DNA of 64,000 nucleotides from Escherichia coli (GTDB lineage Bacteria; Pseudomonadota; Gammaproteobacteria; Enterobacterales; Enterobacteriaceae): NCBI RefSeq assembly GCF_030013595.1, contig NZ_CP122768.1; one strand, 5' to 3'. Shown piece by piece: positions 42,008 to 52,450 of this stretch (position 1 is its first letter; each line of letters starts with the position of its first letter). The notes under the pieces were generated by a model. It saw only the letters and a program-made list of their open reading frames with translations, ran no database searches and was not told where the DNA came from. The position numbers and the translations under genes were made by a program.

Positions 42008-42484
42008 TTAAAGCAGACCGTGTTCGGCAAAGGAGAATACCTGGTTGCCACCGACTATCAGATGGTCCGGCACCCGGATATCCACCAGGGCCAGCGCCTG
42101 TACCAGACGTTCAGTGATAAGCCGGTCTGCCTTACTGGGGGTGACTTCACCGGACGGGTGATTGTGCGCCAGCACCACGGCAGCGGCATTGTGGTACAGG
42201 GCACGTTTAATCACCTCCCGGGGATGAACTTCTGTGCGGTTGATGGTGCCGGTGAAGAGGGTTTCACCCGCAATCAGCTGATTCTGGTTGTTCAGATACA
42301 GCACCCGGAACTCTTCCCGCTCCAGTCCTGCCATGTTCAGAATCAGCCATTCCCGTGCCGCATGCGTGGAGGTGAAGGCCACGCCGGGCTCATGAAGATG
42401 ACGGTCCAGGGTTTTCAGGGCCCGCTGAATGAGGCTGCGCTCGCCGGGCGTCATCGCTCCGGGCAGAAAGGAAAGCTGTTGCAT
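42008..42484 (-). CDS. RadC-like JAB-domain protein (YeeS/YfjY type)
   Basis: JAMM motif region HNHPSGEVTPSKADRLITERL; likely start at internal MQQLSFLPG. Confidence 0.8.
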   Translation of the reverse strand: MQQLSFLPGAMTPGERSLIQRALKTLDRHLHEPGVAFTSTHAAREWLILNMAGLEREEFRVLYLNNQNQLIAGETLFTGTINRTEVHPREVIKRALYHNAAAVVLAHNHPSGEVTPSKADRLITERLVQALALVDIRVPDHLIVGGNQVFSFAEHGLL

Positions 42485-42499
42485 TATGCTTCTCTCCAT

Positions 42500-42979
42500 T
42501 CAGTCGATGATGCGCATAATGGCGCTGCATTCCGGATGCTGCAGGGCGTAATCCCGCAGCCGGTAATAGTGGACCGTCATGGCATAACACTCCGTACGAC
42601 AGGCATGATGACTGTACGTCATCAGACAGGCAGCAATACCGGCGGCTTCCGGGCTCATTTCAGCGCGGTTGCCGTTCATGGCATTGAACAGTACCCATGT
42701 TTCGTCATCATCGTCATCCGGTTCGGGTGCCATAAATGCCCCGCCGTTGTTCAGGGTGTACAGATTCCAGATACCACCGCAGTAGTCTTCGCAAAGACGG
42801 TCCATCCAGCCGAAGACACGGGGCTCCAGGGTCACCCACTGTGGAATGAGGCCAAAATGCTGCGGCCAGAAGCTGATGCGCTGTTCATCAGGGACGGGAG
42901 TGGCAACCAGTTGAGGCGGATTATTCTCTGGTGTTGTAGCTGAATAAATTGTGGGGGTATTCTGAGAAACGCTTTTCAT
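42500..42979 (-). CDS. Antirestriction protein (ArdB/KlcA-like, YfjX/YafX type)
   Basis: 159 aa with acidic run PEPDDDDDETWVLFNAMNGNRAEMSPEAAGIAACLMTYSHHA typical of island antirestriction proteins. Confidence 0.78.
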   Translation of the reverse strand: MKSVSQNTPTIYSATTPENNPPQLVATPVPDEQRISFWPQHFGLIPQWVTLEPRVFGWMDRLCEDYCGGIWNLYTLNNGGAFMAPEPDDDDDETWVLFNAMNGNRAEMSPEAAGIAACLMTYSHHACRTECYAMTVHYYRLRDYALQHPECSAIMRIID

Positions 42980-43060
42980 GAGATAACTCCTTAAATAACA
43001 AATAAAAGTGTGTTTTTCAGGAACGAAAGCTGAATGATTCCCTCACTCAGGGAAACGGCA

Positions 43061-43879
43061 TCAGCGCAGGCTCTCCAGCATCGTTTCTGCCATCACCCAC
43101 AATGCGCGGTTGAGTTTAATATCGGTGTCGATGCTGTGAATGGCACGGGTATGGATACGTTTTCCTCTGGCACTGCGACCGGAAATTCCGCCTTTCAGCA
43201 TATTCTCCTGAATGGTCTGATAAGCACTCCACAGGTCCTTACCGTAATCCTCCCGGCGTCGTGGTGTCAGAATGTCGGCGGTGGTGACGGGCTGATGTTC
43301 GTCACCATAACGGTAAGTCAGTGCCGCCTGTGCCAGCGCCTGGCGTGCCGGTGGCGGCAGGACCAGCGACTGCATGGCATCACGCTTCTCCTCTATCCGG
43401 TCAAACACGCCCACCACTTCGTAAGCCCCTTCAATGACTCTGTCCACCACATTTCCCCGGTGCGGAACACGCACTTCCCCCAGAGACTGGCCACAGACGC
43501 ACCCGTTCTGGCAGACGAACCTGAAGTAACCCGGCAGCATCTGGTAGCTGGAGGTACCGTCATGAGAGTTGAGCAGAATAATTTCAGGGACATGTTCTCC
43601 GTTTATCTCTCCGGCCCGCCGCAGACGCAGCATGTGTTTGGTATATTCCCGGCGGCTCTGGTCGCGCACACGGGTCTGGCAGGCGAAGAACGGCTGAAAG
43701 CCTTCCCGCTGCAGATTTTCCAGGACGGTAATGGTGGGAATGTACGCATACCGTTCACTGCGGGAGGTGTGCCGGTCTTCTCCAAAAATACTCGGGACGT
43801 GGTACATCAGTTCTTCGCGTGTCAGTGGGCGCTCCCGACGGATCTGATTTACATGACCAAAACGACTGGCTAATTGCAT
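43061..43879 (-). CDS. DUF932 family island protein (YfjQ/YafZ type)
   Basis: 272-aa product; conserved position between the GTPase module and the antirestriction gene. Confidence 0.75.
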   Translation of the reverse strand: MQLASRFGHVNQIRRERPLTREELMYHVPSIFGEDRHTSRSERYAYIPTITVLENLQREGFQPFFACQTRVRDQSRREYTKHMLRLRRAGEINGEHVPEIILLNSHDGTSSYQMLPGYFRFVCQNGCVCGQSLGEVRVPHRGNVVDRVIEGAYEVVGVFDRIEEKRDAMQSLVLPPPARQALAQAALTYRYGDEHQPVTTADILTPRRREDYGKDLWSAYQTIQENMLKGGISGRSARGKRIHTRAIHSIDTDIKLNRALWVMAETMLESLR

Positions 43880-43968
43880 ACTTTGCTCCTTATGAATGAA
43901 TTAGCGGTATAAACGAAAAAGCCGCGTCTCCCGGAGAAGACGCGGCCTGATGGATGAAATGAAGACGT

Positions 43969-44202
43969 TTATTGCCTGAGAATTCCCTCACTGGCGAGAT
44001 ACGAATTTAGCTGTTTTCCGGCATCAGGTTCAAAATTCCAGCACCGCCAGCGTAGCTGCCCTTCGGCATTGCGGATAACCAGCCGGAAATGCGTTCCCTG
44101 GTCATCTTCAATAAGCACATTGCGGTAAGCTGTTGTGACGGCAACCGCCTGTTCGCGTGAGAAAGGGCCTTCGGGCAATAAAACAGGGTGGCAGTCCGAC
44201 AT
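43969..44202 (-). CDS. DUF905-like small island protein
   Basis: 77-aa [62 protein letters not shown]... Confidence 0.55.
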   Translation of the reverse strand: MSDCHPVLLPEGPFSREQAVAVTTAYRNVLIEDDQGTHFRLVIRNAEGQLRWRCWNFEPDAGKQLNSYLASEGILRQ

Positions 44203-44207
44203 ACCGA

Positions 44208-44885
44208 CTATTTTCCGATAAATTCAACGCTGGCGCCGGTGGCATTACCGTCAGCACCAACCGTGACGGTCACTTTGTCGTACGCACGGTCTTCAGGATT
44301 GAATACTTCAAACTCAACCTTATTGCCTTTTACTTCGTAAGAGCCAAAATCAGCGGTTTCTGTTGTTTCCTCGTCATATTCCCGGGCGTATGCCTGCCGG
44401 GCAGCCTGCAGGACGGAATCTTTATTAATAGTGGTCGTCTGTTTCGGGGAAAAACCGGCAAGTGATGTGACAAATTTCGGACAGACCTTCAGCATATCAC
44501 CGCGGGTGAATTCCATTCGTACACCAAATGCCTGTAAAACGGACACATCACGCTCTGCTATGGAGTGAACGGCTTTTTTGACCATTTCCGGCGCCTGTCC
44601 GATTTCCACCTCAACAGCCCTGAATCCCGTCTGCTGATTACACATTTGTGATGTGGGGATCAGGTTACCGTTAATACTGATACGGCTGCCCAGGAGCGTC
44701 TGTACACCATTCGGGCATCCCTGCATCAGGCCAGTAATACCAATCGTGCCATTTTTCAGCATTACCAGCGCCTGACCATCTTCCGTCATGGTCTGACACC
44801 AGCCGTTTTTGACAGCCCAGTTGCCGGCGGAGGCGGAGAATGATGCCACAGTGAACAGCAGGGGAAAAAGAGCTCTGGTATTCAT
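44208..44885 (-). CDS. Hypothetical secreted protein (signal peptide), in the slot where CP4-44 carries flu/Ag43
   Basis: Internal ATG gives [23 protein letters not shown]... with a cleavable signal-peptide-like N-terminus; no family recognised. Confidence 0.5.
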   Translation of the reverse strand: MNTRALFPLLFTVASFSASAGNWAVKNGWCQTMTEDGQALVMLKNGTIGITGLMQGCPNGVQTLLGSRISINGNLIPTSQMCNQQTGFRAVEVEIGQAPEMVKKAVHSIAERDVSVLQAFGVRMEFTRGDMLKVCPKFVTSLAGFSPKQTTTINKDSVLQAARQAYAREYDEETTETADFGSYEVKGNKVEFEVFNPEDRAYDKVTVTVGADGNATGASVEFIGK

Positions 44886-45032
44886 GACTGACCTCTGAAA
44901 TGAACGTACGGTGTTATTGATAATGATGGAAGGTATGCAGTGACTGTTCAGGGAATGACGTAGCCGTATATTTAGTTTTCTGTTCAACATATTGTCTCCA
45001 TACCTGTCGGGACGGCTTTGGCAGGCCGGCGA

Positions 45033-45713
45033 TCACAGGTTAAAGGTGTTGATAAGTTTATGGATGAAAGAGAAATGTGGCAGGGCGGAGATAAAACGCT
45101 CTTCAGCGACCAGACTGTGGATGTGGCCTCTCCGTTCAAACCGTTCTGATGTCAGGCTGACTGATTTGATATCTGCCAGAGGAAAGACCTGCAGTTTTCC
45201 CTTCTGTAACGCGATCAGATACCAGCTACCGCTGTAATAAATGAGCCGGCAGGGCTCCAGTGACGGATACCATCGCTCAGTCATCAGAGAGATGTGGATA
45301 CACTGTCTTATTGCCAGGATGAGTTGCGAGAAACACTCGGGGAACGTTGCAGTGATATCCGGCGCCGGTAGCCAGATAAGGCAGGGAGAGGGCTCCTGGT
45401 TGTCGGTAAGACAGGTTATCAGTCGTCCGTTCCGGAGCGGAAGTATCCGTGCGATCCCGGTATTCTGTATAAAAGAAAGCATTTCAGGGATCGCACCTGG
45501 GCTGCTCTGTCGTCTGAGACTGTACCGGCCATTTCTGTACTCTAAGTCCAGGTGAACCAGACGCTGATGAAAATCGCGCTGTAAGGTACGTTCTGTAACA
45601 CCAAATTCATCTGACAGTGTTTTTAGTGACAGAGATTCTCCGGCCATCAGTCGGCTGATAATGAGTGATAAGCGAACCGCCAGGCGATCATGCCGGGAAC
45701 GATTATCAGACAT
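45033..45713 (-). CDS. WYL-domain transcriptional regulator (YfjR-like)
   Basis: N-terminal HTH (RLSLIISRLMAGESLSLKTLSDEFGVTERTLQRDF) plus WYL-like C-terminal region. Confidence 0.7.
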   Translation of the reverse strand: MSDNRSRHDRLAVRLSLIISRLMAGESLSLKTLSDEFGVTERTLQRDFHQRLVHLDLEYRNGRYSLRRQSSPGAIPEMLSFIQNTGIARILPLRNGRLITCLTDNQEPSPCLIWLPAPDITATFPECFSQLILAIRQCIHISLMTERWYPSLEPCRLIYYSGSWYLIALQKGKLQVFPLADIKSVSLTSERFERRGHIHSLVAEERFISALPHFSFIHKLINTFNL

Positions 45714-45915
45714 AGATGTGCACTCCGTAAGAAAACATCTTTTATTTCATGATGTTATTATGCATCATGATGTTGAAAGGATGTGTCGCATCCGAATAAT
45801 CAGAAATAAAATGCAGCAGAAAAAATATTCCTTTAATTATCTGATTTTTAAGCAGGGTTTCATAAAAAGAAGAATGCTTGTTAATCCAGCGACACATCCT
45901 GTCGGCGTGAGTGTG

Positions 45916-46800
45916 TCAGAACAGACGATCCCACAGTGTGACCAGCAAGTGGATAATGCGGTCCCGGGCCTTACGCAGAAGCTGTAACATCCAGGCCGGA
46001 AAGCTGAATTGGGCAACGGCAGCGTCAAAGCTTTTCCCGATGGCGTCACCAAAAGTTTGTTGTGCGTGTTTCCGGGCCTGTTCAGAGCGGTTTTCCCCCC
46101 GGATATGTGAATAAACTGCGCTGGTTGCCTGTGGTGGCAGTGCGTGGATCATCAGCGACACCAGTGCCGGAAGATTCCAGCCGACAGGTGCGGCAACGGA
46201 GAGTACCGGAAATGATGACGGGAACAGGGTTGCCACCCGGGCTGTTACTGTCGCCAGTGAGAGTTCCTGCTGACGGGACGGGCATTTTTCTGTGTCGTTC
46301 CATTCTTCAGCAGGAAACACGCGATCGGCATGGCTGAGAACAAACAGAAAACGCGAGGGATCTGCACCTTCATTCAGTAAAAACTGATGCATGGCAATAT
46401 CAGCAGCATACGCACGTTCATCAGCCCGCAGGATCCAGATAATCAGATCCAGTTCCGGCAGTAACTGACGGTAAAGCTCCCGGTATTCCTGATCATGCTG
46501 CGGTGTCTCACCAATGCCGGGCATATCGACCAGCGTCATTCTGCGTTCACCGAGCTGCAGGGTAAGACGATGAGCCTGGCGGGTGCAGCCGTTCAGGGGA
46601 TGCGTGGCGCAGATACGGGACTGAAAAATGGCATTACACAGACTGCTTTTGCCGGTGCCGGATTTACCCATAATGCCAATTACGGGCTCGTAATGAATAA
46701 CACCGTGGAGATGTTCAAGGATTTTCTGGCGAATTTCTTCAGGAAGAAACGTCAGATATGATTTTACTTGTGCAGAGAGGGAAGAATGGCTGAATGACAT
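45916..46800 (-). CDS. Island GTPase (YfjP/YeeP/YkfA family, 50S ribosome-binding GTPase fold)
   Basis: P-loop GIMGKSGTGKSSLCNA and DMPGIGE switch motif; 294 aa. Confidence 0.8.
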   Translation of the reverse strand: MSFSHSSLSAQVKSYLTFLPEEIRQKILEHLHGVIHYEPVIGIMGKSGTGKSSLCNAIFQSRICATHPLNGCTRQAHRLTLQLGERRMTLVDMPGIGETPQHDQEYRELYRQLLPELDLIIWILRADERAYAADIAMHQFLLNEGADPSRFLFVLSHADRVFPAEEWNDTEKCPSRQQELSLATVTARVATLFPSSFPVLSVAAPVGWNLPALVSLMIHALPPQATSAVYSHIRGENRSEQARKHAQQTFGDAIGKSFDAAVAQFSFPAWMLQLLRKARDRIIHLLVTLWDRLF

Positions 46801-46984
46801 ACCGGTATCCTGTTGATTTCGCTGAACCGGATCACACTAATCCGGTTTATCATTCAGGTAATATGGACGTGAAAAATGATGGAATGTCTGAATTACGGAC
46901 ATGATTGTTAAAGTGTAATGGAGTATGAAGTGAGTTTTTCCGAACGGGAACTAATGACATACTGCGGTTTCAGGAGATGAGAGG

Positions 46985-48115
46985 ATGACCGGACGTAAAA
47001 ACAAATGTGTCAGAAAAAATTGTAACAATCAGGTTTTCTCAGTAAAAATGGCAGTGGAGAAAAGACTGTGCAGAAAACATTATGAGAGGTTTTGTGAGCT
47101 CAAAAAAAGAAGAGAGCAAAATCCTGTTCACAGATTAAATGAAGCATTGCCAAGAAAGATAAAAGGACCAAAAAGTAAGAAAAAATTAGTAAAAGAAAGA
47201 GAAATCATTAACAGCAGAAAAAAACATAAACAGGAGCAGGGACCATCGCTGACTGAACTTAATAAAAAAGTTCGTGAGATACTGAAAACTCCTGCATGGA
47301 GAACGCTGGAAACGAGAATTCGAAGAAACGGAATCACATTTAAGTCAAAAGCAGAGTTAGATGCGCTTTCTGAACTTTATGCAATTTATTCATGGGTTTC
47401 ATATTGCAAACGGGGCGATAATTATTCTGTGTGGTTTTTGAATTGTCCGGATGTAAATATAAACCTTCATGTGTGCGAATGCCGGTCTTCTGAAAGCGAT
47501 TGTTATCTGCCATCTCGTTTTATTATTCTTCCAGCTCCATTAAGGCAAAAAGTAAAAAGAAAATACTCGGCTAATTCGTCTGGGGTACCAGGACATAATG
47601 ATTCAAAAAGTCTTTATAAGACAGTTTTGTCTGTTTGTGGTGGGAAAAGAGAAACCGAAATGTTCTTTTATTCATTGCCAGTAAAGACTAATCATCATCC
47701 TTACTGGATTAAAAGTGGTGTGGTTAAAAGATTCCCTCCTGTTTTTGGTTTGTTGTTTTATGAACAGGAAAGATTAACAGGAGGTGTTTTTCGTTATGTG
47801 TTGATAAGATTTTATAATACTTTTAAAGAGAATTTGTTTTTTGTTGAGATTGTATCGTGCTGTTTTCTTGTTGAGCTTTTTCATGATATTGATTCATTTT
47901 TTATAAATCAACGATTAAGTAAGCTGGAAAGTTTTATAGATAAGTGGAGGGAGGGTAAAGAAATCTGGATAAAAGTATATTTACAACTGATACATACTAT
48001 ATTGGGAATAACTGAAACAGAAAAACTCGTCAATCTATATAATTCATTTTTTACTGATAAAGTGGTTCTCTGGGATGAATCAGTAAAAAAAGTTAAGTGG
48101 ATTTATGAGAAATAG
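46985..48115 (+). CDS. Hypothetical basic Cys-rich protein in the variable cargo slot beside the island GTPase; function unknown
   Basis: 376-aa ORF in AT-rich DNA; Lys/Arg-rich N-terminus with four Cys (KCVRKNC...LCRKHYERFC) compatible with a zinc ribbon; no family recognised. Confidence 0.55.
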   Translation: MTGRKNKCVRKNCNNQVFSVKMAVEKRLCRKHYERFCELKKRREQNPVHRLNEALPRKIKGPKSKKKLVKEREIINSRKKHKQEQGPSLTELNKKVREILKTPAWRTLETRIRRNGITFKSKAELDALSELYAIYSWVSYCKRGDNYSVWFLNCPDVNINLHVCECRSSESDCYLPSRFIILPAPLRQKVKRKYSANSSGVPGHNDSKSLYKTVLSVCGGKRETEMFFYSLPVKTNHHPYWIKSGVVKRFPPVFGLLFYEQERLTGGVFRYVLIRFYNTFKENLFFVEIVSCCFLVELFHDIDSFFINQRLSKLESFIDKWREGKEIWIKVYLQLIHTILGITETEKLVNLYNSFFTDKVVLWDESVKKVKWIYEK

Positions 48116-49628
48116 TACCATTTAACTGAAAGCCACCATAACGTCTTTTTGACTACATTTATGATAATGCGTCTCATTTTGTTTTCGTTTTTTTGTTCAG
48201 GGAAATTTTCCGAACATCAGTGATAATGAGGGTTTTGTTGTTTTTGTTTCTGCAATGTTTGAGGACTGTTCCTGGAGACGATTCGTTGCTTGTGAGCAAG
48301 AGGTGGTCCGCTTTACTGGACAAGTTTTGCATTTGTTGAGTGGTGAAATGGAAGTAAAAAGAGCCCCTTTCTGGCAATGGTTGAAAAAGTCAGTAGCGTG
48401 TGACAGTAAAAGCTAACATAAAGTGATTATCGTATGATTATGACAATGACTTATAACTTTTATGAAAAGAACAACAGAAACTACGAAGCCATAGCAGATT
48501 CCTGAGACCATGTTTTCTGAGGTAGAGAAAATAATTCCAGAGTAAATCTGTTCTGTTTTTAGGACAGAAAACTCCATGCTGGCTGTAAAAGTGAAAAATT
48601 AACACCCAGTATGTATGGAAGTCTGAAGATGTTGAGAATGTCGGTATGATACTATATACACATATTTTACTAAGTATTTTTACTAAGCATTTCAGTAAGT
48701 GTTATACACGTATTTTCATAAACACTTGTAGAAGTGTTTTCGTTAAGCATTGCTATACACATCCAGTTTAGTAAATCTTTACGTTAACTAAATCAGTTTA
48801 ATGCTGCTGTAAAACCTTTCTGCTTCAGCAATCAATCTGCTATTCGATTTTACTGATGTTACGTTTAACCTTTCCTGAGATTTCGAGTTTTGAAGTTAGC
48901 ATGAGAAAAGTATCTTTACGCTAAATCAACCCGAACTTTCCTGAAGTAATCTGACGTTCTTTTCGATGTGCTTACGACGATTCTGTTAAACGACTTTCTG
49001 GATGTTTTGATAACAATCAGATTTAGGCATTAACGATTCCTGACGTTTTTCTTTTCCGTGTAAGGTCATTGTTTTCGTCATGAGGTTTCTTCTTGCATTG
49101 CGAAAGTGTGATGAACGGTTTTGGTGTTTTGATTCAGATGAAGTTTACGTTATCGATGGTTAATCGTTTTTATGGTGCGTAGTGAAACGTAACATTTTCG
49201 GGATGAGAAAATCGATTCTGATGGTGATGGGGATGATCGTGTTACGGCGTTATCTGTAAACAGGTTTTAAACGTGTCATTCGCATTCGTGATTTAGTTGT
49301 GTGATTAAGCTGTAGGTTTTGGCGTTGTTGTTGATTTGCATTGCCAGGAAGCGTTCTGGTTGCGTTTCTGGTGTTTTGTTCGAATGTTCTGTGGATCCTT
49401 TTCCCTTCAGGCTTTTCTCGTCGTCCATGTCGTTTTTAAATCCATTCATGCTGTTGTTGCGTGTTTTGCTGCTGTGTGCAGGATTATCTTTTCGTTCCGG
49501 GATGGTTTGTTCCGTTTCAATCACTCTTAATCAGAGAGTTGTAGCATTGCTCAATGCCGGATGCCGTAAAGTTTTACCGCGTTGATGAATGATGTGAAGT
49601 CAAGCCAAATCAACGGAGATCTCTCATC

Positions 49629-50359
49629 ATGAATCAACCAATACACAATGCTTACTGGTTATCCCGTTTTGACAGCCTTCTCGACAGTGCCCTGGCGCAG
49701 CACCGTGCCGTCTCGTTAATCCGGGTGGATTTACGTTTCCCTGAGTATATGCCTGTCACCATCATGGATCCCGATCCGGATTCAGCGGTGATTTCTCGTT
49801 TTTTTGCATCCCTGAAAGCCAAAATTCAGGCTTACCAGCGGAAAAAAGATGTGCCAATCAGCGTGTGCATGCAACCAGCCTGCGTTATTTCTGGTGCCGG
49901 GAGTTCGGCAAGATGTATGGCAGGAAACATTATCACGTGATATTACTGCTCAACAAAGATACCTGGTGCTCGCCAGGGGATTTCACCGTTCCTTCTTCGC
50001 TGGCGACGCTGATCCAACTGGCATGGTGCAGTACTCTGCATCTTGAGCCTTGGCAGGGTAATGGACTGGTTCATTTTTCCAGGCGGGCGCCTTTCCGTAA
50101 ACCGACATCATCTGATGCTCGCCCTTCTTCCGATGATACGCCTGTGCCTGGTGGATGTTCTGAAACCAGGAAGGTTTCAGACAAAAAGTCTGGTGAAGCC
50201 GCTGTTCTCTGGATCAAGCGTGGTGATGTGGAAGCGATGCAGAAAGCCCGGAACAGAGCCAGTTATCTCGTGAAAAATGAAACGAAGTTGCATGATGGTT
50301 CAGGTCAACGTAATTATGGTTGCAGTCGTGGGCCGGGGCGTCTACTGGATGGCAGGTGA
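49629..50359 (+). pseudogene. YagK/YfjJ-family gene (inovirus Gp2-like), frameshifted
   Basis: Two overlapping ORFs in different frames (49629-49940, 49865-50359) that together carry the family motifs (SLIRVDLRFPEYM; HYHVILLLNKDTW). Confidence 0.6.
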
Positions 50360-50686
50360 ACCCTGTAAAACAGCATCCGATGCCTGAGTTTATGCCAACG
50401 CCCTTAGCTCGCTTTCTGAAAAGTCGTCCTGAAGTAATGCAATGGATTGCCATCTACTTCCGTTCGTGACACATAAGTCGAAAAACGTTTGGTTGTTCTG
50501 GTTATTTGCATTTACTGCCATTCATAGAAATGAACAGATCGATTGGTAGGACTCAAATGTTATAGCGTCTCTCTTCTCATAGTCTGCTTTGTACCAGACG
50601 CGGAATCCCCTAATGCTGGTGTACAGGTTCTGACTCATTTCCTCCCCCACTTTCATCCCGTTATACTGTGAAAAAAGGAGGTAGGC

Positions 50687-51565
50687 GTGAAACTGAAAAT
50701 GCAGGATTTGAGGCTGTTTAATATCGTGTTCGAGAGCGATCCTGGCTGGATACTGGATTTCTCTAACCGCACCTTGTCTGCTTTTTTCGATGAAGAATTG
50801 AACATTGATATTGATGATGAACGTTATCAGAAAGAGGGGGCGTCAAAAGCCAAACGAGTTAGATGCTTGCTGAAACAGGTTGATCGTGAGACCGCTCTGC
50901 GGGTTCTTGGTGCGCTCTGGCAGTATAAAACGGAATCCATGCCTGAACAGGCTGAACAAAGCCGTAATGACTATCTTGCACTGATTTCCCGCTTAGAAAA
51001 CGCTGACACCGATGAAGCCAAAGGCGTTAAGCCTGTCCAGGCATGGCATGGTGTTGACTGGCATTCACTTATCGCTGAAATGAACGAGATGAAATCTCTG
51101 CCGCCACATCCACGTGGTTTTCGGTTTGAAGCCTGGCTTGCTGAACTGTTCAGTATCTTTAAGCTTGCTCCTCGTTCGTCTTTCCGAAATACAGGAGAAC
51201 AGATTGACGGAAGTTTCCGGCTGAATGATGAATTTTACCTGATGGAGGCAAAGTGGCATCAGAAAAGAACGTCGGCTGCCGACCTCCATGTATTTGAAGG
51301 AAAACTCAGTACCAAGGCAACCTGGACACGCGGTGTTTTTATCAGTTGGATGGGGTTTACGCCTGAAGGCCTGACGGCTTTTGGTAAAGGGAAGCGGGTT
51401 ATCTGTGTCAGTGGTTATGATCTTTACCACTCACTGAATCATAGGATCCCTTTACCCGACCTTCTGGATGCTAAAACCCGGCACGCGGCTGAAACGGGAG
51501 AGCCCTATGCTGAGTTCGACCGACTATATGCACTGAAAGACAAACAGTTCGGCACGCTGAAATAA
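50687..51565 (+). CDS. Mrr-type PD-(D/E)xK restriction-endonuclease-domain protein with an uncharacterised N-terminal domain
   Basis: GTG start 5 nt after AAGGAGG; C-terminal half has FEAWLAELF...QIDGSF...EFYLMEAKW...GVFISWMGFT, the layout of Mrr-cat (PF04471)-type nucleases. Confidence 0.6.
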   Translation: MKLKMQDLRLFNIVFESDPGWILDFSNRTLSAFFDEELNIDIDDERYQKEGASKAKRVRCLLKQVDRETALRVLGALWQYKTESMPEQAEQSRNDYLALISRLENADTDEAKGVKPVQAWHGVDWHSLIAEMNEMKSLPPHPRGFRFEAWLAELFSIFKLAPRSSFRNTGEQIDGSFRLNDEFYLMEAKWHQKRTSAADLHVFEGKLSTKATWTRGVFISWMGFTPEGLTAFGKGKRVICVSGYDLYHSLNHRIPLPDLLDAKTRHAAETGEPYAEFDRLYALKDKQFGTLK

Positions 51566-51579
51566 CGGGTTGGGAAGCG

Positions 51580-52172
51580 ATGACCTGCTCCCCGTTGTTT
51601 CACACAAAATCGTGTACAGGGTCGAAGTTCTGGCTCAATGTGCTGGCTGAACTGAAAAACAGCGGCCTGAACGATATCCTTATCATCTGTGCAGATGGCC
51701 TGAAAGGCTTCCCAGATGCCATCAACACAGTATATTCGGAGACCCACATCCAGTTATGCATCGTGCATATGGTGCGCAACAGTCTGCGCTTCGTGTCATG
51801 GAAGGACTACAAAGCCGTCACTCGCGACCTGAAAGAGATTTAATCAGGCACCCACGGAAGAGGCAGGCTAGCAAGCACTAGATAAGCCGACGCTGGCAGG
51901 CTAACTGGCCGAATCTTACTACGTTCTTCGCTTATCTGACGGACATCCGCAAAGTGATCTATACGACAAATGCCATCGAGTCACTAAACAGTGTGATCCG
52001 CCATGCGATCAAAAAGCGTAAAGTGTTCCCGACAGACGACTCGGTGAAAAAAGTGGTGTGGCTGGCAATCCAGTCTGCGTCCCAGAAATGGACAGTGCCA
52101 TTGAAGGACTGGCGTATGGCAATGAGCCGCTTTATTATCGAGTTTGGTGACCGCCTGAACGGTCACTTCTGA
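51580..52172 (+). mobile_element. IS256-family transposase C-terminal remnant (frameshifted, truncated)
   Basis: Two ORF pieces in different frames (…ICADGLKGFPDAINTVYSETHIQLCIVHMVRNS… and …YTTNAIESLNSVIRHAIKKRKVFPTDDSVKKVVWLAI…) match the IS256/mutator transposase C-terminus. Confidence 0.7.
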
Positions 52173-52450
52173 GAAAAGGCATTTACACAGAATCCTAAAC
52201 AGGTTCCGACATTCTTCACTCATACTAAACATCTTGTCACTTGACGCAGGGCTGAAAGTTCTACAACAACGGTATACCAATATGATATTGGTTTACTAAA
52301 TTTTTTGGGGATCCATCAGGGAATTTCTCCCTATATTTCCAGACTCCTGTTATCATTTAACCCATTACTGATCCGCTGCCACATATATACCTGCGGCGAG
52401 CGATAACCTAGAGCTATGCTGCATTGTAATGTTCGATCGCTACTGCATGG

